A stretch of DNA of 61,157 nucleotides, counting the filler. It is 6 parts of 6 records of this genome, joined end to end, with 100 filler letters (N's around TTAATTAATTAA, not from the genome) between each part and the next. Parts side by side here need not be neighbours in the genome. Positions count along the whole stretch, not along the records: positions 33,586 to 49,273 come from SRR31156797_2928; positions 49,374 to 55,218 come from SRR31156797_2932; positions 55,319 to 61,157 come from SRR31156797_2949; 3 more parts are not named here. The stretch is one strand, 5' to 3'. The first letter of the stretch is position 1; every line of letters starts with the position of its first letter. The notes beneath the pieces were generated by a model. The model worked only from the letters and a program-made list of their open reading frames with translations. It ran no database searches and was not told where the DNA came from. Positions 46,951-56,267 of this stretch are shown here, piece after piece. The translations under genes and the position numbers were made by a program.

Positions 46951-47784
46951 ATGGAAAATATTGTAGTGTATAGCGATGGAGAACTTGAACTAAAAACCCA
47001 AATAAATGATGAAACGATTTGGTTGACTCAAAAACAGTTGGGAGAGCTATTTGGAGTAGAATCGCATAATATAACTTATCATATAAAGAATATATATAGG
47101 CAAAAAGAATTAATAAAGAATGCAACTACTCAAAAAATTAGAGTAGTTCAAAAAGAGGGAAATAGAGAAGTAGAAAGAAATGTAGATCACTATAATCTTG
47201 ATATGATCATTTCAATTGGATACAGAGTAAACTCTATTACTGCCACAAAGTTTAGACAATGGGCGACTTCTATATTAAAAAACTATATACAAAATGGCTA
47301 TGCTATCAATACACATAAAATAAATGAAATAAGACTTTCCTCTCTTGAAAATGATGTGGCCACAATAAAATCACATATCAAAAATAACACACTAGAAATA
47401 CAACAAGGTATATTTTGTGACGGTCAAATCTTTGATGCTTATCTTTTTATGTCTAATCTCATCAAAAATGCAAAAAGCTCAATCGTACTTATAGATAATT
47501 ATATTGATGAATCAGTTCTACACTTATTCTCTAAAAATCAAGATGTGCAGATAATAGTATATACAGCAAATATATCAAAACAGTTAAAGTTAGATATTCA
47601 AAAGTATAATAAACAATATAGCAACCTTGAAGTAAAATTGATCAAAAACTTTCACGATAGATTTATGGTCATAGATGAACAAGAGGTATACCATATGGGT
47701 GCTAGTATTAAAGATCTTGGCAAAAAAGTATTTGCATTTAGTAAGATGGGGATAAGTTCTAAAGAGATATTAGAAAAACTATAA
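46951..47784 (+). CDS. RhuM-family DNA-binding protein with a PLD-like C-terminal domain
   Basis: ETIWLTQKQ..ELF, YNLDMIISIGYRVNS..AT.FRQWAT; LIDNYID, FHDRF.VID, YH.GAS.KDLGKK.FAFS. Confidence 0.85.
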   Translation: MENIVVYSDGELELKTQINDETIWLTQKQLGELFGVESHNITYHIKNIYRQKELIKNATTQKIRVVQKEGNREVERNVDHYNLDMIISIGYRVNSITATKFRQWATSILKNYIQNGYAINTHKINEIRLSSLENDVATIKSHIKNNTLEIQQGIFCDGQIFDAYLFMSNLIKNAKSSIVLIDNYIDESVLHLFSKNQDVQIIVYTANISKQLKLDIQKYNKQYSNLEVKLIKNFHDRFMVIDEQEVYHMGASIKDLGKKVFAFSKMGISSKEILEKL

Positions 47785-47804
47785 AACTTGAAAAAGGATA
47801 AAAG

Positions 47805-48995
47805 ATGATAGATGTATGTGTAGTAGGGATAGGGGAATATGTAACAGGATTAAGTGGTGATATGGCGGCACAGTCTGATAAATCACTTGGTGTGATCGCT
47901 TTATCTCTTTTTGATATGAGAGATCAAGGACTTATAGGAGATATCAAACTTGCAGGGAGAAACTCTAGTAGGTTTGAGTTGATACAAAAGCATTTTGATA
48001 CAAATATGAAAGCAGTTTATCCAAGCCTTGATGTCTCTTTTGAAGGGTTTCCAAAAACTGGTAAAAGTAATACTGCCTATAAAGAAGCGATAGATTCATT
48101 AAAAAAAGGCTCAGCTGTACTTATCTTTACTCCTGATGATACACATTTTGATATTGCACGTTATGCACTAGAAGCTGGTATGCATACACTTGTAGCAAAA
48201 CCTTTGGTGAAAACAGTAGAGGAGCATAAAGAGCTTGCAAGACTAGCAAAAGAGAATGATCTTTTATTGATGCTGGAAGTGCATAAAAGATTTGATCCTA
48301 TCTATAGTGACGCTAGGGACAATATCCAAACCTATGGGGAGTTTTCTTATTTTAATAGCTATATGTCTCAGCCAAAGTCACAACTTGATACCTTTGCCTC
48401 ATGGGCTGGGATCAGCAGTGATATAAGCTACTATCTAAATTCTCACCATGTGGACTTTTTATGCTGGGCTGTAGCTGAGTTTGCTAAACCTATAAGTGTA
48501 ATAGCTAGTGCTTCAAGTGGAGTAGCAAGTAAAAAATTAGATAGAGAGGTAGAAGATACTATCACTCTTACAGTAACATGGGAAAATAAGAGTGGCTCAT
48601 TAGGCACTTCGATACATACAGCTTCATGGATCGCACCACCAAGTGATGTACACTCTCAACAAAGATTTTTCTATATGGGACATGATGGGGAGATCAATAT
48701 AGACCAAGCCCATAGAGGATATACACTAAGTACAGATACAAATGGCTTTAAAAGCTCCAACCCTCTTTTTATGAAATACACCCCAAGAGATGGAAAATTT
48801 GCAGGGCAAGAGAGCTATGGGTATAAAAGTATCGCTACATTTATAAAATCATCTATAGAGCTTAGCAATGATCAAACAAACTTGACTGAGTATAATAAAA
48901 CACTTCCAACTATTCAAAATACACTAAACGTCACAAAAATATTAGAGGCTGGAAGAATATCTCTTGATGAAAAAAGAGTAGTAACAATAGATTGA
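47805..48995 (+). CDS. Gfo/Idh/MocA-family NAD(P)-dependent oxidoreductase
   Basis: VVG.GEYVTG, IFTPDDTHF.IA, LVAKP, EVHKRFDP.Y, YYLNSHH.D. Confidence 0.85.
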   Translation: MIDVCVVGIGEYVTGLSGDMAAQSDKSLGVIALSLFDMRDQGLIGDIKLAGRNSSRFELIQKHFDTNMKAVYPSLDVSFEGFPKTGKSNTAYKEAIDSLKKGSAVLIFTPDDTHFDIARYALEAGMHTLVAKPLVKTVEEHKELARLAKENDLLLMLEVHKRFDPIYSDARDNIQTYGEFSYFNSYMSQPKSQLDTFASWAGISSDISYYLNSHHVDFLCWAVAEFAKPISVIASASSGVASKKLDREVEDTITLTVTWENKSGSLGTSIHTASWIAPPSDVHSQQRFFYMGHDGEINIDQAHRGYTLSTDTNGFKSSNPLFMKYTPRDGKFAGQESYGYKSIATFIKSSIELSNDQTNLTEYNKTLPTIQNTLNVTKILEAGRISLDEKRVVTID

Positions 48996-49273
48996 AACTT
49001 ACTCATATCATCATAGGAAAAGAGGCTAGAAAGCCTCTCCATTATCTTCAAAGTGTAGAAGCTGTAAAAGGAAAAGGGCTTGATGGAGATAGGTATTTTT
49101 ATGGACAAGGCACTTTCAATAAACCACAACTTGATCAAAGTGTAAGAGAAGTCACTATCTTTCCATATGAAAGTTTAGAAGAGTGTAATACTAGACTTGA
49201 TACAAAACTAGAGTTTCATGATATAAGACGTAATTTAGTGATTGAAAATTTTGATTATGAACTTTTAAAAGGA
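48992..49273 (+). CDS. MOSC-domain protein (3' truncated)
   Basis: G.GL.GDRYF, REVT, RRNLV; overlaps the upstream stop. Confidence 0.8.
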
Positions 49274-49373
49274 NNNNNNNNNNNNNNNNNNNNNNNNNNN
49301 NNNNNNNNNNNNNNNNNTTAATTAATTAANNNNNNNNNNNNNNNNNNNNNNNNNNNNNNNNNNNNNNNNNNNN
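49274..49373. other. Artificial contig spacer
   Basis: N run with TTAATTAATTAA. Confidence 0.99.
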
Positions 49374-51053
49374 GACATATCAGGGGACGATGTTCTCGAG
49401 TTCAGTGAGCAATTTCACTTATCATATCTATATACGTCCATCTTGTTGAACCGGAATATCCGGTCGAAAGAAGCATTGGACCAATATTTCAACAAAGAAC
49501 TTCATTCACTTTACGATCCATTCCTGATGAAGGACATGGAGCTTGCATCAACGATATTGATCGATGCATGCAAAGAAAAGAAAAAGATCCTTGTTTATGG
49601 TGATTACGATGTAGATGGCGTGACATCGGCATCTATCCTTTATCTTTTCTTAAAGAGCATGAATGAAATGGTCTATTACTATATCCCCGAAAGAGAGAAG
49701 GACGGATATGGCGTCTCTCCGGAAGGAATAGACCATGCTCTGGAATTAGGTATAGACCTTATTATTACCTGCGATTGCGGTATTACAGCACATGAACAGG
49801 TCAAGCGGGCAACGGAAAATGGTATTGATATCATTATTACGGATCATCATGAACAGGCCGATACACTTCCGGGCGCTCTTGCCGTTTTAAATCCCAAAAG
49901 AAAAGATAATGAATACCCGTTCCGCGATCTTTGCGGTGCAGGTGTTGTTTATAAATTGACCGAAGCTATCTGCTTGACGCTTTATGGCTCTGCAGATAAA
50001 GCAAAAGAATATCTCGATCTGGTAGCGATCGGAACAGCTGCAGATATTGTTCCGCTGGTCGATGAGAATCGCTGTCTGGTGCGGGAAGGTTTGAACAGGA
50101 TACGCAACAGACAATGCCGGGTCGGTATTTTGGAACTCTTTAATGTTTGCCAAATGGAATCAAAATCCATTTCTGTGATCAATATTGTGTTCGGGATCGC
50201 ACCGCGTTTGAATGCCGTTGGAAGAATGGGATCCGCCTCAAGGGCGATCACCTTGCTGACAACCGATGACAGAGAGACTGCACGTCGCTATTCGAATATT
50301 TTGCATCAGGAAAATGAAGAACGGCAAAAAGTGGAACGTAAAGTCACGGAAGATGCCCTGCTTCAGGTAAATGAGAAATATGGTGAAGATCTGCCCAAGG
50401 CAGTTGTCCTGGCGGGAGACTGGCACCCCGGTGTGATCGGGATCGTATCGTCAAAAGTAAAAGACAAGATCCATCGTCCCGTATTCCTTATCGCATTTAA
50501 AGACGGCATGGGCAAAGGCAGTGGTAGAAGCATTACCGGTTTTGATCTTTATGATGCCCTGTCTCAAAGTTCCGATCATCTTTGCGGTTATGGCGGTCAT
50601 CAAATGGCGGCGGGACTGACCATAAAAGAAGAAGACGTTCCCTTTTTTGAAAAACAGTTCCTTGCATACGCCGAAGAGCATATCAATGAGGAAATGTTAG
50701 AACCATCGATAAATGTTGAAGCTGATCTGAAGATTGAAGATGTCAATAATAAACTGATGGCCTTTTTGAATGATATGGAACCATTCGGACCTGCCAATAT
50801 GAGGCCAAAATTCAGTATCAGCAATGTGGGTGCTGTGAATGTTACCTTATTAAAAGAAAAACATTTGAAATTCTCACTTAAACTAAATGGCACATTTCTG
50901 AATTGTATTGCATGGAACATGCTTGATTATTTTGAAATGATCATGGATCCCGCACAACGGGTTGATCTGGTCTTTGTGCCAACCATTAATGAATGGAACG
51001 GGGTCAAAAGGATCCAACTGGTCATCAAAGATATCCGGCAGACAATTGCTTAA
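49374..51053 (+). CDS. recJ: ssDNA exonuclease RecJ (5' truncated)
   Basis: YGDYDVDG, TCDCG, TDHH, GTAADIVPL, PRLNAVGR, GSGRS, GGH.MAAG. Confidence 0.96.
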   Translation, partial: DISGDDVLEFSEQFHLSYLYTSILLNRNIRSKEALDQYFNKELHSLYDPFLMKDMELASTILIDACKEKKKILVYGDYDVDGVTSASILYLFLKSMNEMVYYYIPEREKDGYGVSPEGIDHALELGIDLIITCDCGITAHEQVKRATENGIDIIITDHHEQADTLPGALAVLNPKRKDNEYPFRDLCGAGVVYKLTEAICLTLYGSADKAKEYLDLVAIGTAADIVPLVDENRCLVREGLNRIRNRQCRVGILELFNVCQMESKSISVINIVFGIAPRLNAVGRMGSASRAITLLTTDDRETARRYSNILHQENEERQKVERKVTEDALLQVNEKYGEDLPKAVVLAGDWHPGVIGIVSSKVKDKIHRPVFLIAFKDGMGKGSGRSITGFDLYDALSQSSDHLCGYGGHQMAAGLTIKEEDVPFFEKQFLAYAEEHINEEMLEPSINVEADLKIEDVNNKLMAFLNDMEPFGPANMRPKFSISNVGAVNVTLLKEKHLKFSLKLNGTFLNCIAWNMLDYFEMIMDPAQRVDLVFVPTINEWNGVKRIQLVIKDIRQTIA

Positions 51054-51060
51054 TAGGTTT

Positions 51061-51085
51061 ACCCCACGCTAAAGCCTGGGGCTAC
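51061..51085 (-). repeat. GTAG-type REP-like palindrome
   Basis: Minus strand reads GTAG-CCCCAGGC-TTTA-GCGTGGGG. Confidence 0.55.
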
Positions 51086-51154
51086 TCATCCGTCTTTTTC
51101 ATTGATTGAATAGAGAAATGACCGTATTTTTTATATTGATATACCGAGGTAACG

Positions 51155-53467
51155 ATGTTAGTTAAAAGAACAGAAAATCAGGGAAAAGGCAAGGTCTCTA
51201 TCTGGGCGATCATTGCATTGGTCATTATTGTTATTTTTTCGGCTTTGATGGCGCCTAAAAAGCAAACGTCTCAATATAATTATCAGGTTGGTGATATCAC
51301 CCGAATGGATATTATTGCACCCTATGACTTTGATATCCTAAAACAGCAAGCCACTATTTTGCGTGAACAGAATGAAGCCAAAAAAGTGGTTCCTTTTGTT
51401 TTTAGCGAAGAAGAAAGCATTATCGGCGAACAGATCGACCGCACAGAGCTTTTCTTTCAAATGGCCAAAACACTTGAGCAGCGTTACAATAAATATCAGT
51501 ATTCTCAACAGATTAGACGTTTACAACGCTATAGCACCGATGATCTGGCTGGGCTGCACGAAACGGTCAGGACGGACAGCAACGCATATATTGCCATTGT
51601 AAGTGCGTTTGAAGAACAATATGGGGTGCATGCTAAAGAAACACCTTTTACTGAAATTTACAATCCTACTGAGGCTCAACGCGTTCCCCTGGATACCTTG
51701 CGATTACATTTTATTACTCATCTTACCACATTATTTGAAAGCGGTATTACCGATATTCCACTTGATTCAATTCTTTCGGCTCAGATATCAATACGTAAGC
51801 AGGGGATTGAAACACCTGCTCCGGTCAAAAATATGTTTGATAGAGATATGGCTACAGAGCAACTGACAGAGAATTTGGCGAAAGATTATGATATTCATTC
51901 ACAAAAAATATTGATCTCGCGAATTGCCCAGTTACTGGTCAAACCGAATATGATATACGACAAGGAGCGAACAACAACACGTCAGAATGACGTTGTGGGA
52001 CGTATTCCTCTTGTTGCAGGTAAAGTCTTCAAAGATGAAAAGATCGTTGGCGCCAATACCTTGATCACGCAAGAGATCTATCAAAAAATATATTCTTTGA
52101 ATTATGCGGAAGAAAAACGCGGCGCAAATCTTCAGGGCTGGAATGCTTTTCTAAAGATCGCCGGTGATATTTTGACCATGATCGTGCTTTATATGATGTT
52201 CATACTCTTCCTGATCATGTATGACAAAACAATATTTACAGATGTGAATCGTTTTCTATTACTCATGATCTGTTTTGCAATAGCTTTGGGACTTGGGACA
52301 ACAATAGCCTTCCTGGCTCCCACCTATATGATCATTGTACCGGTAACAATAACCGCCATGCTCTTGATGATATTTTTTGATGAGCGTGTAGCGCTTATGG
52401 CTTCAGCCGTATTATTATTGGTTCTGTCTTATATTATGGGTGGTTCATTCCGTTTTATTCTCATGCATGCTTTTCCCATGGTTATGGCGATCATTGCATT
52501 GAGACGGAGCCGGACGCGAGAGAATGTATTGAAGCCTCTATTATTCATTTTGATCGGATACTTTGTTTCTGTTGGCGCTATGAATATCGCTTCTCTGGAA
52601 ACCTTTGAGAATACACTGGTGATGCTTGGCCTTGCCGGTGGAAATGCTATCGTGTCGGTGCTTGTGACCAACGGTCTAATGATGGTCATTGAACGTATGT
52701 TTGGTGTAACAACAGCCCTGTCCTTACTTGAACTTTCAGATATGAACAAACCTTTGTTGAAGCGCATGTCGCTCGAGGCACCGGGTACATTTAATCACTC
52801 GATCGTCGTGGGTAACCTGCTGGAAGCCGCAGCGGAAAAGATCGGCGCCAATTCCCTTCTTGCCCGCGTGGGAGCATATTATCATGATATCGGCAAACTG
52901 TCCAAGCCGGATTATTTTGTGGAAAATCTAGGTGGTGGTGAGAATAAGCTGGATCAATTAAAACCACATATGGCAGCAAAAGTTATTATTTCTCACGTAC
53001 GAAACGGACTTGAATTGGCAGAACAGGAAAGACTTCCTGATGTCATTAAAGATTTTATTGCCACCCACCATGGCACAATGACCGTGGATTATTTTTATAG
53101 AAAAGCGATCGGTGAATCAAGCGAGGAAGCTGTTCAGGAAAATGAATTTAAATATCCCGGACCCAAGCCGAAGACAAAAGAAACGGCTCTTCTGATGATC
53201 GTTGAAGCGTGTGAAGCAGCAGTTAGATCTTTACCGAAAGCAACACCGCGAAATATTGAAGCAAAGATCAAAGAAGTTATCAGCATTCGTTTGAATAGCG
53301 GTCAGCTTGACGAATGTCCATTGAAATTTGCTGATCTGACCAAGATCTCGTCTGCTATTTATCCTCTCTTGGTAGGACTGTATCATGAACGGGTACCTTA
53401 TCCTGATGACAAGAAAGAGGAAGAGAAAAAAGAAGAAGTTCCTGCATCGAAAGAAGATAAAGAATGA
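51155..53467 (+). CDS. 7TM-HDIG phosphohydrolase (PgpH-like)
   Basis: N-terminal TM, extracytoplasmic domain, 7 TM, EAPGTFNHS, YYHDIGK, HHGT, YPGPKP. Confidence 0.92.
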   Translation: MLVKRTENQGKGKVSIWAIIALVIIVIFSALMAPKKQTSQYNYQVGDITRMDIIAPYDFDILKQQATILREQNEAKKVVPFVFSEEESIIGEQIDRTELFFQMAKTLEQRYNKYQYSQQIRRLQRYSTDDLAGLHETVRTDSNAYIAIVSAFEEQYGVHAKETPFTEIYNPTEAQRVPLDTLRLHFITHLTTLFESGITDIPLDSILSAQISIRKQGIETPAPVKNMFDRDMATEQLTENLAKDYDIHSQKILISRIAQLLVKPNMIYDKERTTTRQNDVVGRIPLVAGKVFKDEKIVGANTLITQEIYQKIYSLNYAEEKRGANLQGWNAFLKIAGDILTMIVLYMMFILFLIMYDKTIFTDVNRFLLLMICFAIALGLGTTIAFLAPTYMIIVPVTITAMLLMIFFDERVALMASAVLLLVLSYIMGGSFRFILMHAFPMVMAIIALRRSRTRENVLKPLLFILIGYFVSVGAMNIASLETFENTLVMLGLAGGNAIVSVLVTNGLMMVIERMFGVTTALSLLELSDMNKPLLKRMSLEAPGTFNHSIVVGNLLEAAAEKIGANSLLARVGAYYHDIGKLSKPDYFVENLGGGENKLDQLKPHMAAKVIISHVRNGLELAEQERLPDVIKDFIATHHGTMTVDYFYRKAIGESSEEAVQENEFKYPGPKPKTKETALLMIVEACEAAVRSLPKATPRNIEAKIKEVISIRLNSGQLDECPLKFADLTKISSAIYPLLVGLYHERVPYPDDKKEEEKKEEVPASKEDKE

Positions 53468-53889
53468 ACCAAGAGATAGAGTTCTTTCATGAAAGTAAGG
53501 TAGAGATCGCTTTGGATGAAGATGAGGCGAAACGGATCATCACGCATGTGATGCAAGATCTTGGCTATCCCGATTTTTCCATCAATGTCATTTCTTTGGA
53601 AGATGATGCTTTGCGCGAAATGAAAAAGGAATATTTCGATCAGGATGTTTATACCGATATTATTTCTTTTAATATAGATATGGAACCGCTGGAGGGAGAA
53701 CTGTATATCAGTCCCGAGCGCATCAGGCAGAATGCCGAAAAGTTCGGCCAATCGGTTAACCGGGAATTCGCCAGGATCCTGATCCACGGCGCCTGTCACC
53801 TTTGCGGTTATGATGATATATCGGAAGAAGAAAAACAGGAAATGACAGATCTGGAAAACCATTTTCTAACACAATACTTTGATAAATAA
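53464..53889 (+). CDS. ybeY: rRNA maturation endoribonuclease YbeY
   Basis: TDIISF, GELYIS, IHGACHLCGYDD (third His of H-x3-H-x5-H replaced by Asp). Confidence 0.9.
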   Translation: MNQEIEFFHESKVEIALDEDEAKRIITHVMQDLGYPDFSINVISLEDDALREMKKEYFDQDVYTDIISFNIDMEPLEGELYISPERIRQNAEKFGQSVNREFARILIHGACHLCGYDDISEEEKQEMTDLENHFLTQYFDK

Positions 53890-53890
53890 T

Positions 53891-55138
53891 ATGTCCATTG
53901 GATTAAATATTTTGCTCTTTGCCCTTTTGCTTCTTTTCTCGGGGATCTTTTCCGGTTCCGAGACGGCGCTTTTCGGGACACGAAAAGAAAGCTTGAAAGG
54001 TTTAAAGGGTATAGCGGCAAAACGAACCTTAAGGCTTTTGGATAGATCGCAAAAGCTGCTTATCACTATTCTTATCGGTAATACGATCGTCAATATTGCT
54101 TTGACCACATTGGTTGCACTGTTGACCTACCGTTTATCTGAACAATATCATTGGCCGCATTTGCTGACGGCTTTTCTGGAAGTCGTGGTTGTTACCTTAA
54201 TGGTCTTGATCTTCGGTGAGATCATTCCCAAGACCATTGCTCTACGTAATCCAAAGAAAGTCAGTTTGAGAGCTAGCTGGTTTATCGGAATATGCTATAC
54301 TTTATTCTTTCCCTTGACCATTGTTCTATATTTTATTGGAAAGGCCACAGAGCGTTCGCTGAAAGTTGGAAAAGACACCCTCATTGAACATGAAGAAGAT
54401 ATAAAAACACTGGTACAGATAGGTGAGGAAAAGGGTGAATTTGAAGAAAAAGAGATCGAAATGATCACCTCCATGCTTGAGTCCACAGACACTTGCATAC
54501 GCGAGATCATGATCCCTCGTCCCGACATGATCTGTGTGGACGGTAGTCGTTCTATTGATGAAATATTCAATTTTGTGGCAAATCAGCCTTTTGCCAGGTT
54601 TCCGGTATTTGCAAACGATCTGGACAATATTCTTGGTTTTATTTTTGAAAAGGATGTACTGCCATACCTTGATGGTAAAAAGAAAACCGATATAGACAGT
54701 TTGCTGCATGCCCCCTTGTTCCTGCCGGAAAAATGCTCTGTATCTAATGCTATCAAGATCTTTCAGGAAAAGAAAACCAAGATCGCCATTGTGGCGGATG
54801 AGTATGGCGGAACGAGCGGACTGGTAACGTTGGAAGATGCCATTGAAGAGATCGTGGGTGACATACAGGATGAAAATGAAGTCCAGAGTCCTTTCGTTAA
54901 ATGGCTGACTAAAAGCGAATGCGCTGTGAACGCAGCAATAAATTTGGATGATCTCGAAGACGTTCTCGGTATTGCCTTTCCCGAAGAACGCTTATACGAT
55001 ACCTTGGGCGGTTTTATCATGGACCATCTTGGCAGGATCCCCGGAAAGCATGATTCCTTTCGTTACAGGAATTATATTTTTCTTGTAGATGAAATGCAGG
55101 GAAATCGCATAAACAGGATTAGGATAACTCGCAAATAA
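53891..55138 (+). CDS. CNNM/DUF21-CBS-CorC (hemolysin/GldE-like) protein
   Basis: FSGSETALF, ILIGNT.VN, FGEIIPK, IM.PR, DEYGGTSGLVTLED.IEEIVGDI.DE. Confidence 0.92.
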   Translation: MSIGLNILLFALLLLFSGIFSGSETALFGTRKESLKGLKGIAAKRTLRLLDRSQKLLITILIGNTIVNIALTTLVALLTYRLSEQYHWPHLLTAFLEVVVVTLMVLIFGEIIPKTIALRNPKKVSLRASWFIGICYTLFFPLTIVLYFIGKATERSLKVGKDTLIEHEEDIKTLVQIGEEKGEFEEKEIEMITSMLESTDTCIREIMIPRPDMICVDGSRSIDEIFNFVANQPFARFPVFANDLDNILGFIFEKDVLPYLDGKKKTDIDSLLHAPLFLPEKCSVSNAIKIFQEKKTKIAIVADEYGGTSGLVTLEDAIEEIVGDIQDENEVQSPFVKWLTKSECAVNAAINLDDLEDVLGIAFPEERLYDTLGGFIMDHLGRIPGKHDSFRYRNYIFLVDEMQGNRINRIRITRK

Positions 55139-55140
55139 TT

Positions 55141-55168
55141 GTAGGGACGCGATGCCTCGCGTCCGCAC
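55141..55168 (+). repeat. GTAG-type REP-like palindrome
   Basis: GTAG-GGACGCGA-TGCC-TCGCGTCC. Confidence 0.6.
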
Positions 55169-55218
55169 AAAAATGCATTACATAAATCTTTTGAATGATT
55201 TAACTCAGAAATATTATA

Positions 55219-55318
55219 NNNNNNNNNNNNNNNNNNNNNNNNNNNNNNNNNNNNNNNNNNNNTTAATTAATTAANNNNNNNNNNNNNNNNNNNNNNNNNN
55301 NNNNNNNNNNNNNNNNNN
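55219..55318. other. Artificial contig spacer
   Basis: N run with TTAATTAATTAA. Confidence 0.99.
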
Positions 55319-55319
55319 T

Positions 55320-55499
55320 TTTGAACCATATTTTACTACAAAACATAAGTCCCAAGGAACAGGATTGGGGCTTAGTATGACCCACAAGCTTATAGTTGAT
55401 GGAATGGATGGAAATATCCAAGCGCAAGATGTAAGTTTTGAATATAATGAGCAGAGTTATAATGGAGCTGAATTTAAGATCACTTTACCACTTCATTAA
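55320..55499 (+). CDS. Sensor histidine kinase, HATPase tail (5' truncated)
   Basis: Hand translation FEPYFTTKHKSQGTGLGLSM...GAEFKITLPLH. Confidence 0.9.
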   Translation, partial: FEPYFTTKHKSQGTGLGLSMTHKLIVDGMDGNIQAQDVSFEYNEQSYNGAEFKITLPLH

Positions 55500-55680
55500 A
55501 ATCAAAACGTATCAAAACAAGATTTATTAATTATTTAAGTATTAATAGTGATGAAATAAAACAACAAATACCTATATTATGGTATATTTTTTGTATTATT
55601 AAATTAGTTTTACTTAAAAAACATGACTTTTCTTTAAGTTTAATATAGTAATATAATATATATAAAGTAAAGGATTTAAG

Positions 55681-55893
55681 ATGATAAGTGAACATGCAGA
55701 AGTGATACGAAAAAAAGATATTCCAGAGTTAGCAAATGTTGATGCGGATGATATTCATGTTTTAGATTATGAAGAGGGAACTTTTCACTGTGCTGAGGTA
55801 TTTTCCCATGAGGGTGCATATAGAGCATGTGCTAAAACAAAAGAGGAAGCAGTGCATAAAGCTGCAGAGCTTTACGTAAAAGAACATAGCTAA
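55681..55893 (+). CDS. Hypothetical 70-aa protein
   Basis: AAGGA RBS; followed by the hairpin GTAGGATAC...GTATCCTAC. Confidence 0.65.
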   Translation: MISEHAEVIRKKDIPELANVDADDIHVLDYEEGTFHCAEVFSHEGAYRACAKTKEEAVHKAAELYVKEHS

Positions 55894-55937
55894 TTAAAAA
55901 TATTAGTAGGATACATTATAGGGTATCCTACGCAATA

Positions 55938-56267
55938 TTAGTGTAATAATCTATCCATATGATACTTTTGATAGTATTGCTCCAAAGACTCTTTGAGCTT
56001 TTGATCACTAAGCTTAGTTTTGGGTTTTAGTCCCCATCTCATCAAAAAACCTGATGGCATCACAGAGTTTTCTGTTTTAGGGTTTTTTATAAATTCAAAC
56101 ATAGCTTTTTTGATCTTTTTTTCACTACTATATTTTAGGGTATATCTTGCCATAAACATCTCTAGCTGTTTTTGTTGAAAGTGGCAGCTTGTACAGTTGT
56201 TTTCAAACTCATTTGCATAGAGGTTACTAGACAATAAACAAACTATTAAAATTTTAAAGTAACGCAT
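55938..56267 (-). CDS. Periplasmic monoheme c-type cytochrome
   Basis: Signal peptide, CTSCH, distal NP...SVMP. Confidence 0.85.
   Translation of the reverse strand: MRYFKILIVCLLSSNLYANEFENNCTSCHFQQKQLEMFMARYTLKYSSEKKIKKAMFEFIKNPKTENSVMPSGFLMRWGLKPKTKLSDQKLKESLEQYYQKYHMDRLLH

Noticed and set aside
33586-49273. Apparent excess of GATC (ATC after G-ending codons) in AT-rich contigs
   Set aside because: Visual impression only; needs k-mer statistics and would be a genome-wide trait, not a local system
49374-55138. recJ - 7TM-HD - ybeY - CNNM string as a novel system
   Set aside because: Widely conserved housekeeping neighbourhood
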